From the NCBI GenBank assembly GCA_028534125.1, contig CM052818.1, forward strand, positions 34,410,001 through 34,474,000: DNA of 64,000 nt, given 5' to 3'. The stretch is from Lama glama. Its lineage: Eukaryota. The position numbers and the translations under genes are program-made. The notes under the pieces were generated by a model. The model worked only from the letters and a program-made list of their open reading frames with translations, was not told the DNA's origin and did not search any database. Shown here in pieces: positions 25,140 to 37,160 of the stretch (position 1 is its first letter; each line of letters opens with the position of its first letter).

Positions 25140-26710
25140 TGCCAGGGCTTCCAGTTAACATGGAGAAATGAGCATCTTTTATCGCTGTTTCTTTCCTCCA
25201 CTGAAAGAAGTGTAAAGGAATTAGAAAAAAGAGAAAGAAACACATAAGGACAAAAGAACTCTAGAGGTGAGAGTGGTTGAGAGAAGTCAACAAAAATGTC
25301 AAAAGTGGAAAGCAAATAGATCCCTGATACAGACTTAGAGCAGGAAACTGGAAACAGATTGCTTGGAAGCAGGGTTTGGGATGATGGACTCAAGAACCCA
25401 GAAAGGCTCAGGAACCTCGGAATGCCAGGATGCAGGGTCAGATGACAACAGAAAACTGGACTGAAAGTCTTATGTGATTCCTTCTTTTGCCCTACAATCC
25501 ACTTGGCACCCCTTCCCCAGCCCAGCAGAGCCCAGAGAGGACAGGAGCTCACCATGTGGACAGAGCTGGCCAGGCAGGTTCCCGACTCAGGGCCACCAGT
25601 CACAGTGATGTGCAAGAATGAACCTCTGGTCAGCTTGTCTGAACCTCAGTAGTGAAGTATGAATTGAAAGTTGAAAGGCACTAGATATCTGAGGAAAAAA
25701 TTTTTAATAGTCTACACTGTCGTGTCATCATTACATTTCAGAACACAAGCTTCCATAAAGGAAAATAAAAATACAAACAGAGGATCAGGAATCAGAATAA
25801 TTTTGGTCTTGTGTTGGAAGATGGTGGCTAAACATCTTCAAAATTCTAAGGAAAAAATTCCAATGTAGGATTAAGTCATAGCTAGATGATTAATCAAGAG
25901 TGAAGGTGAAACATTTTTTGACACGTAAATTCTAAAAATAATTACCTCATGCACCTTGTCTCAGGAAGCTTTTGGAGCTTCCATTAAAACTAATAAGTAA
26001 ACTAAATTTTCCATTAAAACTAGTAAGTAAACTAAGAAAAAAGAAGACATGGGAGCCAGGAAACAGAGGATGTCAACACAGTGGAATACAGTGGAGAGAA
26101 GCCCAAGGATGATGGTGGTGCACGCAGCAGGCCTGAAAAGCAATGAGTCCAGATTAGAATCAGGAGTCAGGAGTTTCAAGAATGATGCCCTCAAGAAAAC
26201 AAAGTGAACCTATAGATGATGTAATGTATGTAAACATACTAAGAGGAACTTTACCGTTCTGCAGAGAAAGTTTGGGGATGAAATAATGATAGATATACTG
26301 AAACCTAAGCAAAAGAAAAACAAAGTGATTATTAACTCTGGGAAAAACAAAAAGCCTTACAAGAAAGAAAATGTAATCATGCTGCACTAAGGAACTCAGC
26401 TGTGAGCAATATTTGAATAATACACACATAATATGTACTAATACATAAATGTAAAAATAATATGTAGATAATAATATAGACACTGAATTCTGATTCAGGT
26501 AAATCATTTTCTGTTGGGAGGTTAGGGGAAGAAGAAGTAGTATACAGATGGAGATAAATTATTTTTTTAAGAATAAGACATCACAAAATAATGTCTAGAA
26601 TGAAAAATATCAATAAATGACAGTATCAGCACCATATGTAGAAATATAATGCCAATGTTAAGGAAAAACCAAGAGAAATAGCAAAATTTTTTTTTTAATG
26701 CTGCCTTTTG
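25140..26710 (+). mobile_element. HAL1-like (half-L1) element
   Basis: ttacctcatgcaccttgtctcaggaagct...aagacatgggagccaggaaacagagg...gtccagattagaatcagg; visibly homologous to the antisense copy at about 35-37 kb. Confidence 0.65.
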
Positions 26711-26714
26711 GACA

Positions 26715-26970
26715 ATTTTCTGACATCACCACTGACAATGTGTAATTTTCCTACAAATATGACAATGAAATGTGGCTTGGATGACAGTACAGTTGGATAG
26801 ATTGAGCCAGTTGGAAAAAAAAGTATCCAAGAGACTGATAACAGCGGTAATCTTTGGAAGAGGGTGGCTCTGCCCTTGTCTAATACTTTCCCACCTTCTT
26901 ATCTGTGACTTGCGTAGGACATAAAGGCCTGGTCACCAGATCTGCAGATGGCACATGGGGAGGGGCAGAC
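26715..26970 (+). mobile_element. L3/CR1 reverse-transcriptase fragment
   Basis: Degenerate KCGLDDSTVGxI...and ...SADGT segments resembling CR1 GLDDSTVRWI and FADDT. Confidence 0.6.
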
Positions 26971-27589
26971 CACATGTGACAGCTTCTTCCTGGTCCAGAG
27001 CTGCTTTGGCTTGGCTCTCCAAGAAGGAGTCTGTCTACCCTAAATTCCAGACTGTGGGAATTTTCTTTCACATCCTAACATCCTGTTGGTCTTGGAAGAG
27101 CGGGGTCCTTTTCACCATCAGCTTCCAGGTCAGCCCTCTCTAGCTTCTGGTTGAATTGCTGCCCTCGAAGCCCCTGGCTTCCAGATATCTCTTTGGGCTC
27201 AGTGCACAGGCCCTCCCGGGCCCTTGACTTCAGCAGTGACTGTAGACCTTGAGTCTGGGACTGATTCAGAACGGGCGCATATGGCTTCCTTTAGACCTCC
27301 GCGGCTGAGCCTGGGTCAGGCCGACTCTGTGTGAGCAATTTGGAGTATGCTGTATCACCCAGGGATGACTCCTGACAAGACGCTGGGCTGCGTATGGGTC
27401 TCATGTGGGAGCCTGAAGCTTTGCCCCTAGCCCCTGCTCAGGCTGACCTGGCCCTGAGGCCCCCCGTTCCTCTTAACACCCTAGAGGTCCCCAAACTTTC
27501 CAATCTCCAGGCTCTGTCCTGGCCATCAGCTCCTGGTCCCCCGGAAGCAACAGAAGGTTACAGGCTTGCTTCCTGGAACCCAAAGGCCA

Positions 27590-27910
27590 GAGTTCGAGGC
27601 TCAGCTTTGCCAGCTCTGTGACCTTGGATGAGTTTCTTACCCTTGTTGAGCCTCAGTTCCACAGTTACAAGAAGTATCATATGTATCAACCTCACATGGT
27701 TGTTATTAGGACAATTAGATGATCAAACCCACGTCAGGAGTTAGAGCAGAGCCTGTCACAGGGGTCCGTGCTGAGACTGGCAGCTGTGACTTTCATGGTA
27801 TTATCATCTCCTTTTTGCAAATGAGGAAACTGGCTCAGAGAAATCAAGTGATCTGCCCAAGGTCATACAACTTGGAAGGAGTAGATCATAAGACTAAAAG
27901 CCACATTTTC
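27590..27910. mobile_element. Two MIRs tail-to-tail (+ then -)
   Basis: ctgtgaccttggatgagtttcttacc...gagcctcagttcc followed by aaatgaggaaactggctcagaga...ccaaggtcataca. Confidence 0.7.
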
Positions 27911-29076
27911 AGGCTAGAGATAGGGCCATTTATAAAGCACCTGCAGGCCATTCCACAAGGCAAAGGACTATTGACCCCAAGGGATGGGGGTGAAGCCAGG
28001 GTTGGGGGGCCAGGGCTAGGATGGGGGAGAGGAAATGGAGGCTTGCCCTGGAGCTGTGTTCTCAGTCCTGCCTGTACAATACAAACACAGACGCCAGAGA
28101 GAGGGACAGAATGCCTGACCCAGGGGACAGAATGCCTGACCTGGAGGACAGAGAGGGATGGCTGAGACATCAAGGGCAACCTGAGGCCCGGAGGGGACGA
28201 AGCAGGTCCAAGTTCCGGCAGAGTGGGAGCCGTAGAGCTGGTGCCCTCCCCTGTCTCAGCCTCCAAGCCCGCAGACAGCCCCTCCCCTTGTCTGGGCTAG
28301 GTGTGGAAGGGAGACAAAGCCTGGGCTGCTTGCTTTCTGGCAGGCAGGATATGTGAGTTTTTCCAATGGCTTTGACTTTCGAGTCCATTAGTGATTAATT
28401 CAGAGTTCCATTTAGAGCCGGCTGATCCATATTTGGAGGAGGAGAATACTCTGTGGCAGCTGAGATGCAGCCACGATTCATCTGCGGCCTGGGAGGGCAT
28501 GAAGTCGGGGCAGGGCCCTTCCCACAGCACCCCCTCCCCAGAAGGCTCTCTGGGGGAGGGTGGGGGGTGGGGCCGAGAGGTTTTCACCTGGATGAGGGGT
28601 GGGCCCTTGAGAGGTGAGCAACATAGCCTGCAGAGCCTGGTTTAGGGTTCAGACCCTACTCTGCCTCTTCCAAGCGCTATGATCTTGAGCAGACCCCTTC
28701 AACTCTCTGAGCCTCGGTTTACCCGTCTGTAGAAATGATCACCCCACACCTTTCCCACAGGGTTGTTGGGAGGATTCAATGAGCACAAGAGCTTCGGAGA
28801 CAGGAAGAGGGTGGCACCAGCAAGTAGGGGTCCCTTCTCTACCCTCCTCCTGTCCTGAGACCTCCCTCTTTGGGCTCCTGGGGAAAGAGCTTTGGTGTCA
28901 ATAACTTTGGCTTTGACACTTACCCCTGTGTGACCTTAGGCAAGGCAAGTTATTTTACCTCCTTGAGCCTCAATTTCCTCACCTGTAAAATAGAGATAAT
29001 GGTCCCTTCCTTGCAAGATTGTTACACAGATTCCATGAAAAAATCCACGAGAGTTGGCGAGTGCAGCAGGCACTCC

Positions 29077-29298
29077 CGGTGGGGAACCACGGTGGGGACA
29101 GCAGAAGCAGCCTGCCCTGGGCACCGGCTATACAGGTGCATGGCTTCAGAGAATTCTTAAAAATTAATGAAATTTCTACCGAAAATCAGTCTGCTTTTTA
29201 TCACCCTACACTAGCAGTTCTAACAATAACAGTGATAAAATAACTCCTTCGGAATAGGGCAGACCACTCCCACCGCCCCCTCCCCTTGTAAGCCACTG
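29077..29298. mobile_element. MER97-like hAT-Tip100 MITE
   Basis: agagaattcttaaaaatt...agtctgctttttatcacc...cagtgataaaata; degenerate TIRs ending gccactg. Confidence 0.55.
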
Positions 29299-30185
29299 GA
29301 CCTTCGCGGGGTAGTGGGGGGTGGCTTTCCTCTCCTCCTTGCTGCCCTTCAGTGTCCCTCGCCCTGCCTGTACTTTCCTGGAGACTGTCTCCCCTCATCC
29401 CTTCCACACTCCACTTTTCGGCTCCCTCCCCAACTTAGTGTAAAATCTCTGGTGCCAGTTCAGGGCCCCTTCCAAAGCTGATGGAGTCCGTTCTCCATCA
29501 TGGAGGCCAGAAGGGACACAGGATGAGGGCAGTCTCCTCTGGGTATAGGGCAGAGTTCGCTGCCACCCTCTTCCTCTCGGTGCTCACAGAGACATTTCAC
29601 TCTTGACCTGGCTGTCACTCGTAAGCAAAATCCCTTGACCAGTGAGGAGACCTGCAGACAGAGACATTGATTATAGGATCGATGAGGATGGTTGCTCAGT
29701 CCCATAGTCTGGAACCAGCTTGCCGGTTTAGGGTGGCTGTGGTTTGTTGGCCCCAGGTGACTGGGTTCTAATCCTGACTCAGCCACACCCACCAAGCAAC
29801 CTTTTTTTTCTGGGCTGAGGGTGGGGCTGGGCAGATGGCTTGAGGTGGCATGCCTGCTTCCCCAAGGCTCTGCTGTTTTCTCCATCCGTAAATAAGGAAC
29901 TGGAGCAAGTGAGGACAGAAGTCCTTTCTGGGTCACTTGTAGAGTGTGTTGTGGTTACAGGGTACATTCACGTACCTTCCTTCATGCCTGGCTTGTCTCT
30001 GCATCTCCCACAGTGTGCTGGGCACACTGGAGCCCCAAGGATGTTTCTGGAAGTGTGGAATGATTTATAACTGCCTTCTCTGTATCAGTCAATAATGAGT
30101 CCTGAGTCTCCTTCCTCCAAAGAGAGCCCGCGGGAGAGGTGGCCTGCTGGTCCCCGCTCCCAGCCCACTCTGCCTCTCTTCTTAG

Positions 30186-30282
30186 CATCCACGACTCCTT
30201 CCTGAAACTCTGTCCCCCTGGGAAGCACTACAAAGAGGCCACGCTGACCATGGACCAGGTCAGCTCCCTTCCGGCCCTGCGG
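30186..30282 (+). CDS. CIB4: CIB4 coding exon 3 ([32 protein letters not shown])
   Basis: Acceptor ctctcttcttag|, 97 nt, donor CGG|gtgagt; its first base completes the TG+C Cys codon from exon 2. Confidence 0.96.
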
Positions 30283-33053
30283 GTGAGTCCAGGGGGTAGG
30301 GTGGAGGTGGGTGGGGGCGGTGTCACTGAGATCTGCTGAGGTGCTCAGAGTGCTGGTCTCAGTGTCCTCACCTGTGAAATGGGTGGATTGGTGGAGTAGC
30401 TGGGATCCCATGTGCTCCCTGAGATTCCCTGCACTCCAACAGGCTGTGCTTGTGACAGCTGTCAGTGGCCCCCACTCGCAATCTTTTAGGGACCATCCTT
30501 GAGCCTGTGTCCCTGTTGTAAAAAGGCCCTGCCCTTCCCCCAGGGTTCCTGGAAGAGCCCAGAGGTGCACAATAAAAGGGCTCTCCAATCACTTCTGAGA
30601 TTTTAATTAAACTTTGTGCAAAGAGCAGAGAGAGGCAATGTCAGGTTAACAAATCATGGCGGTGGCGTGCTTCCCGATTTTTCATTCGGGTCTCGGCAGA
30701 ATAATGGTTTGAATGTGTTGCTGTGCAGTGAAAGTCCATCTTCATTTCTGTCTGGAACAAGATGGGCTCTGAGAGTTGTGGGTGCCTCTTTAAAAAGGGC
30801 CCAGGGCCCAGGCAGGGGGACAGGTCCTGAGGGAGAGACCACACGGGGCAGGGGCAGGGGCAGCCCCTCCAAAGTGACAGACCTGCTCTAGGGCAGAGTC
30901 AGAGCCGGGGCTTGAGGTAGAGGCTGGAACTGAGAGGTCAAGGAACCAGAAGAGGTGTGGAGCGGTCGTGGGGTTCAGGGAGCTGGGAGCAGAATCCTCA
31001 GAAAGGTGATATAATTAGAGAATGTGCCTGTCCCAGATACAAAATGGGGAGCCTGTCCTTAGGGTACCCCCTACTCACATCCACACCCCCGCACCTCCAC
31101 ACCTACACATGCACATCTCCACACCCACAAACACTTGTACACGAGGTGGGGGACTTCTCTCAGACCACTCAGGAAAGCCTGGGTGAGGGGCAGCCAGGAG
31201 GCAAGGCGGGATGGGAAGCTTCTGCCCTCCCGTCCCCAGGTGGGGGACAGTGTCACTGGTCAGTCGCAGAATATCTGAATGTTCAGCCAGGAAAGAAACT
31301 TGGAGACCACAAGCCTAATCACTATCAAACAGTCCCCACCCTGGTTTTATCCATCGGAAAACTGAGTCCCCAAGAGGGAAGAAACTCGCCCAGGGCCACG
31401 TGACATGGTAGATCCTGGAAGGCAGGCAGGACTCTGACCCCCAGGCTTGGCCTCCACTTCTAATCAGGGCTTGGCTCAGCGCTGACATGTGTCTGGGACT
31501 ACCAGGCGCCCTGGGGAGCAGCTGGCAAAGACTTGCTTGGGAGAGCTGGCACCGAGGGTGTCCGTGACCCGTGGCCCCAGCACTCCGCATGGACCCAGCA
31601 TACCCTAGTCACACCCAGGGGCTCAGATCAGCGGAGCAAGCACTGGACCAGATTAGAGGGCTGGATCTGGGCCCAGCTCCATCACACTCCATGTATGACA
31701 CATCTCCTCTCTAAGGACTAATCTCCTATCTGTAAAACAATATGTACACCCTGTGCTGTGTAACAGATCTTGCCGGGATGAGCCATGGTCCTCTGCACTG
31801 TTCATTTTGTTCCCCATCCTCTCCTCTCTTCCACCTGGGGGTGGGGAGTGGGGAACCTGCTGGGGGTGGGGGAAGGGCAGCAAGGCTGGAGCAGAATGGA
31901 GGAGGGGCAGATGGGTGGGAGCACATGGGCAACAGCCCGGGGTGGTCTGGCATCTGCCATGTGGACAGCCAAGGGCCGGGGACCAGTACAGCAGGAATGT
32001 CAGGCTACTATAAAATGCAGCGATGTTAGAGCTGTGTGAGGGTCTGCGGGTCCAGGGCAGGACGGCAATCTGGGGTCTTCTCTGGAGTACCAGACCCCCT
32101 AGAACCTCATACACTGGACAGTGGCTGGGAACTGAGATGGGGTCTTAGGATGAGATTACCTTAATTTTACATTTCTTATTTCATCCTTCTAAATGGTCAT
32201 TATTTTAGTCTATCCTACAAATAAAAACCACACCATTGCAGAAAAAGTGGAAAATACAGAAAAAGTAAAAATCATCAGGCAGCCTACCTCGAGGGGTAAC
32301 TGCCATGACAATTTTGCCTTATTTCCTTCCATAACTTTTTTTAATGTGGATATGTAAGTGTTTATTGGGATCACATTTTTTTTTTGTATGTTGCTTCCCC
32401 CCCCCGCCCCCGCCACTTTGCTTTCTTTGTTATTTTTCCAACTGGTTCTGAACAGCCAGAACCATCTCATGAACTGAGGACACTGAGCCACTGCCACATC
32501 TAGAGAACTAGGGACAGGGCACTGGGCCAGGAGCAGAAGAGCTGGCTTTGAACTCACTTGCTAGCCAATGATCTCAGGCAAGTCATCTCACAAGAAGAAT
32601 GATTGGGGATCTGAGGGGAAGCAAATAGACCCCAGCCAAAGAAGACTGGGCAGGAGGGGTGCAGTGTGGAGCTGTCTTCTTGGAGGTGAAAGGCCTGGCT
32701 CGAGGTGCTCCCAGGAATAGGCCTGGGTCCAAGGATGCAGGTTGCGCTACAGTACAAGGAAGCACTCTGCCATCATCAGATTAGATGATGAACTGTGTGC
32801 AGAGGGAATGAGATACCTGTCACCAAAGGGCGCCAAGTGGGGGCCGGCCAAGCATTTACCTGGTGTGTTCTAGCACATACTCTGGTATCAAGAGGAGACT
32901 GGACTGCATTCATTGGTCCCCTCCTCACCCTCCCAATCTGTGGTTCTGGTTCTGGCCTGGAGCCTGGTCCTACTCTCTTTTGTGTCATCTGCCACAGTAT
33001 GTCCCAGACTCTGGGCTTTCATAGCCCAATAAGATCTGCTTCCCCCACCCACA

Positions 33054-33610
33054 ACACTGTTTACAATAGCCAGGACATGGAAGCAACCTAAATGCCCATC
33101 TACAGTTGAATGGATAAACAAGATGTGTGTGTGTGTGTGTGTGTGTGTATAAATAAATAAAATTACATATAAAATGAAATATTACTCGGCCATAAAAAAG
33201 AATGAAATAATGCCATTTGCAGCAACATAGATGGACCTAGAGATGATCATATTAAGTAAAGTAAGTCAGAGACAGATATCATATGATATTGCCTATATGT
33301 GGAATCCAAAAAAATGGTACAAATGAACTCATTTACAAAACAAACATAGACTCACAGACATAAGAAACAAACTTATAGTTACCAAAGGGGAAGAAGAGGA
33401 GGGATAAATTAGGAGTTTGGGATTAACATATATAAAATAGATAACTAACAGGGCCTACTGTATGGCACAGGGAACTATATCCAATATCTTATAATAACAT
33501 ATAATGGAAAAAAACTGAAAAAGAATAGACTTTTATACATATAACTGAATCACTTTGCCGTACATCTGAAACTAATACAACGCTGTAAATCAGATATACT
33601 TCAATAAAAG
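33054..33610 (+). mobile_element. Cetartiodactyl-type L1 3' end with internal (TG)n
   Basis: acaatagccaggacatggaagcaacctaaatg...gatggacctagagatgatcat...tataactgaatcactttg...cttcaataaaa. Confidence 0.9.
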
Positions 33611-34959
33611 AATCCACTACCCCCCCCAAAATGATTATTTTGAGGAAGGACTAGCTAGAGATGGCAACTTTACAATTTTGCCAAGTAAGAACACTAAAAA
33701 ATACGTCATCCACAATCATTTCATTTTTTAAAGACGTTCATTTTAGAACAAAAACGTAAGAGGGATCTAATCCCACAAGTGATAACAGTTCTTTCCATAC
33801 ACATCCCTTTCTGTTATTAGTGTTTCTCCCTCTGTTAACGGTTGTCAAGAACTTTGTCCCTCATCATTCCTGGCCCTCACATCGGCTTTTGGGGATTTAG
33901 ATCCAGGACTCGAGTTTCCCTCTGTGTCTTTCCAATCTTGGTCGAAGCAGAAAGCTTGCTTCCCAAAAGGAGCGAGGAGAGGCTTGCTGAGAGGTGGGGG
34001 CCCGAGTGTCTCTGTGTCCTCTGTGGCCCCAAGTTTGAGAGCTGTGTGACTCAGCCTGCCCAGAACACATCTCTGGAAAAGCTTTGAGAATGGGGCCCCA
34101 GGGAGCTCTGGGTACTGGTATTACTTGGCTCGGGGTCCTGGGTGATCTGGGAAGAAAGCGCACTTGTGGAAAATTGGATTACTTGTGGAAATAGTAGATT
34201 AGTTAATATATTGGGAAGGGTCTGCCCATCAGCAGAGAGCAAGGCCTGGGCAACAGAGGCTAGCGGGAAAGCCTGACCACAAGAAGCCCCTGCCGGGCCA
34301 GGACGCACTGCCCTTTATTACCCAGAAGTTTCTGTTTTCTTTTTGTCTGCTGCTCTGTTTGGTGTATTTCAGAGTGAATTAGCTCAGTGTTTCTGTTCTT
34401 GTAAATAATGACCTTGCTTTCTGTAAACACGGATGAGTAGTGGCATGGTGAGACCCGGGCTTCTAGCTTCCAGGACCAGGACAGCCAGCAGCAGGACCTG
34501 AGGAAAGATCGTGCGGTCTCACGGTGGGGTCTGGTGGAAGCTTGCCCACCAAACAGGGCCACCGCATACCTCCGACCTCTTCCCGTCTCCCTTTCCAGGG
34601 TTCCTGCAGGCAGGTGGTCTGTGCACAGCCTGGCCCCTACTGAATTTTATCCCAGGGTCAACTCTATGAAAGCACCGAGAGGCTTGGGAACCCTCCCTAG
34701 GTGTCAGGAGGCACCAGGTGTGGCTCCTGATGTTTCAGCTCCATCTCGGTTTCCATCTATCCCCAGTTTTTCTGAGCTTTTCGGAGGCCTGCTTATAGGC
34801 TGGGTGCATCTGCTTAGCATAGCTTGCAATGAACGCACTCCCAAGGCGGTCAGCAATGATATGTCCTCCCGTGTATTCAGCTTCTTGAGAAATCACCAAA
34901 GTGGGAGGGGCAGGGATGGGAGTGTATTTTTTTTAATTTTAAAAATTATTATTATTAGT

Positions 34960-37160
34960 TTTTAAATAAAAATTATTTATCCAGGCCGAGAGTCAAGTTG
35001 CCCTCTGAAGATTACCCTCCCCATTTCTCCTCTTGGGAGGCAGCCATTTTCAGCTGGGAGCAGATTCATGGTGTTTGCCTCCTTATATCTAAAGAGCCCC
35101 GTCTGGATATCCCAGCCGTTGACTTCCCCCTCGAGAAGAGGTTAGCTCTTCCCCTCCCCCACACCCGTCCCACGCATCACTCCCCTAGTATAGTTACATA
35201 ATGATTTCAGTTCATTCAATACACAGTGTTTTCACTAGTATGACTGCGTATGGCCCAGACCTGAGCCGTGAAATAGACTATGGTTACGTTTCCCTTTTTG
35301 CACAGTTTTTGTTGTTGTCTTTCCTAGATGTAATCATTGTTTTTGCTCAGTTTCCCACGTATTTGTCATTCAGTATGACACCAAACCTCTGACAATCATT
35401 TAAATCTCCTCTAAAGACATTTGGAAATGAGATGTTTTCTGTGCATTCCATGTTCTTGGCAAAATTTCTCTTGGAGTCTTCCAACCCACTCACATCAGGG
35501 CTGGGTAGCCCTCTGGAGCCTGGTACATGTTGTCATTCTGGAGTCTTCTTTCACAAGCATCCAGATCCTTTTTACCCTCTTCCTTGGATCTTCCATTTCC
35601 TGTCTTCCTCTCTCTCTGTTTACTCGTTTTGGTGGGGCACACACTCTGGTAGCTTCCTGATAAAGGGTACATGGAAGTAAATGTTTTGACACTTTCCATA
35701 TCTGAAAATGTCTTTATTCTCTCCTTCCACTTGATTAAGAGTTTAGATGGAATTGAACAATAGGTTGGAAATCAATTTTCTTCTGAATTTGGAAAACATC
35801 CATCTATTGCATTTTAGCATTCATTGTTGTTTCTGAGAAGTCCAAAGCCTTTCTGTTTCCTGATCTCTTTTTTTGTGACCTGTTTTTTTCTTTTTTTCTT
35901 TCTGGAAACATGTGGGCTCTTCTCTTTGACCCCAGTATTCTGAAATTTCCAGTGATGGGAGTTGGTGTGGGTCCTTTTCTCCATGTCCTGGGCACACAGA
36001 GGACCCATTTAGTCTGGAAGCTGTACTTGTGTTCAAGGACACTTCCATGAATTATTTTTTTGGTAATTTCTCCCTTCTGTTTTCTCTGTTCTCTCTTTCT
36101 AGGACTTGAACGTTCTGACGTTGTACATCCCGGGTTGGTTCTTTACTCTCTTCTCTTGTATGTTTCATCTTCAACCCTGCGCTCTTCCTCCTGGGGCTTT
36201 CCTCAACTTTATCTTCAACTCTCATTTAGTTTTTCACTTCTGCCATCATGCTTTTCATTTCCAAGAGCTCATTTTCATTCTGTTTATTTGCCTCTCTCTG
36301 TCTCTCTCTCTCTCTGTCTCTCTCTCTTTTTAAATAGCATCCTCTCCTTTTTCCTGGATGTAATGTTTTCTCCAGTCTGTTCTTCAAGGTGTTTTTTTTT
36401 CCCTCTAGCTTGTTTGGGTCACCATCTTTAATGTCAGAAGCCTTCCTTGAATAGTTGGTAATCGTCTGCTCATAATTAAGAGTGGGAGGTGGTTGCTATT
36501 TCAGAGCTTTAATTCCTGGGTGGAGTTCATCAACTGGGAACTTCCCTGAAGGGGCCATTTCTTGAAGACACTCAAGAGAATAGGAGTAAGTTCTGGCTGC
36601 CAGGATTCTGGAGCTGAGTCAGGAAAGGGGGCTGCTGGAGTCTCAGACTTCTGCGCACATGTATTTATTTAAGCCCCAATTCTCAATAGTGGCTGACGTC
36701 CCCAGTGCAGAAAGCCTCTGTTACACTCTCCCCAGAGAACAACTCTCCAATCTTCTGCAGGGGCTGGAGAGGGGCAGTCACCCCCCAGTGTCAGATGCAG
36801 GGGAGGCTGAGAATTCCCACTGCTTCTCAACACTGTCAATCAGTCCTCCTTTTAGCCACATTTGTTCCCAATGCAACCTGGTATCTCCAGGTCCAGAGCC
36901 TTTAGAAGCTTCTGAGATGTAGAACAGGTTGATAATCACTTTCCCTGCTGTGGGCTCAGGGTCCTGCCCTCTTCTATCTGCTGGGTCATTACTTCTCCTT
37001 CATCTGCTTCCCGAGTGTGTCACTGAGCAACTGCTGCTGTTCCCTTATGTTCTCTCTGTTTTCGTGGGTCGTGCCTCTAAAGACTCCTTTACTTTAGTGT
37101 TAGTGGGTGTCAGAAGGGAATGAAAATAGATGCAAGTGTTCAACCTGTCATCTCTATCCA
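34960..37160 (-). mobile_element. HAL1-like element (antisense)
   Basis: gtagcttcctgataaagggtacatggaagtaaat...ctgaaaatgtctttattct...gttgtttctgagaagtcc. Confidence 0.7.

Noticed and set aside
30139-30339. 66-aa ORF read as an independent gene
   Set aside because: It is CIB4 exon 3 plus intronic flanks
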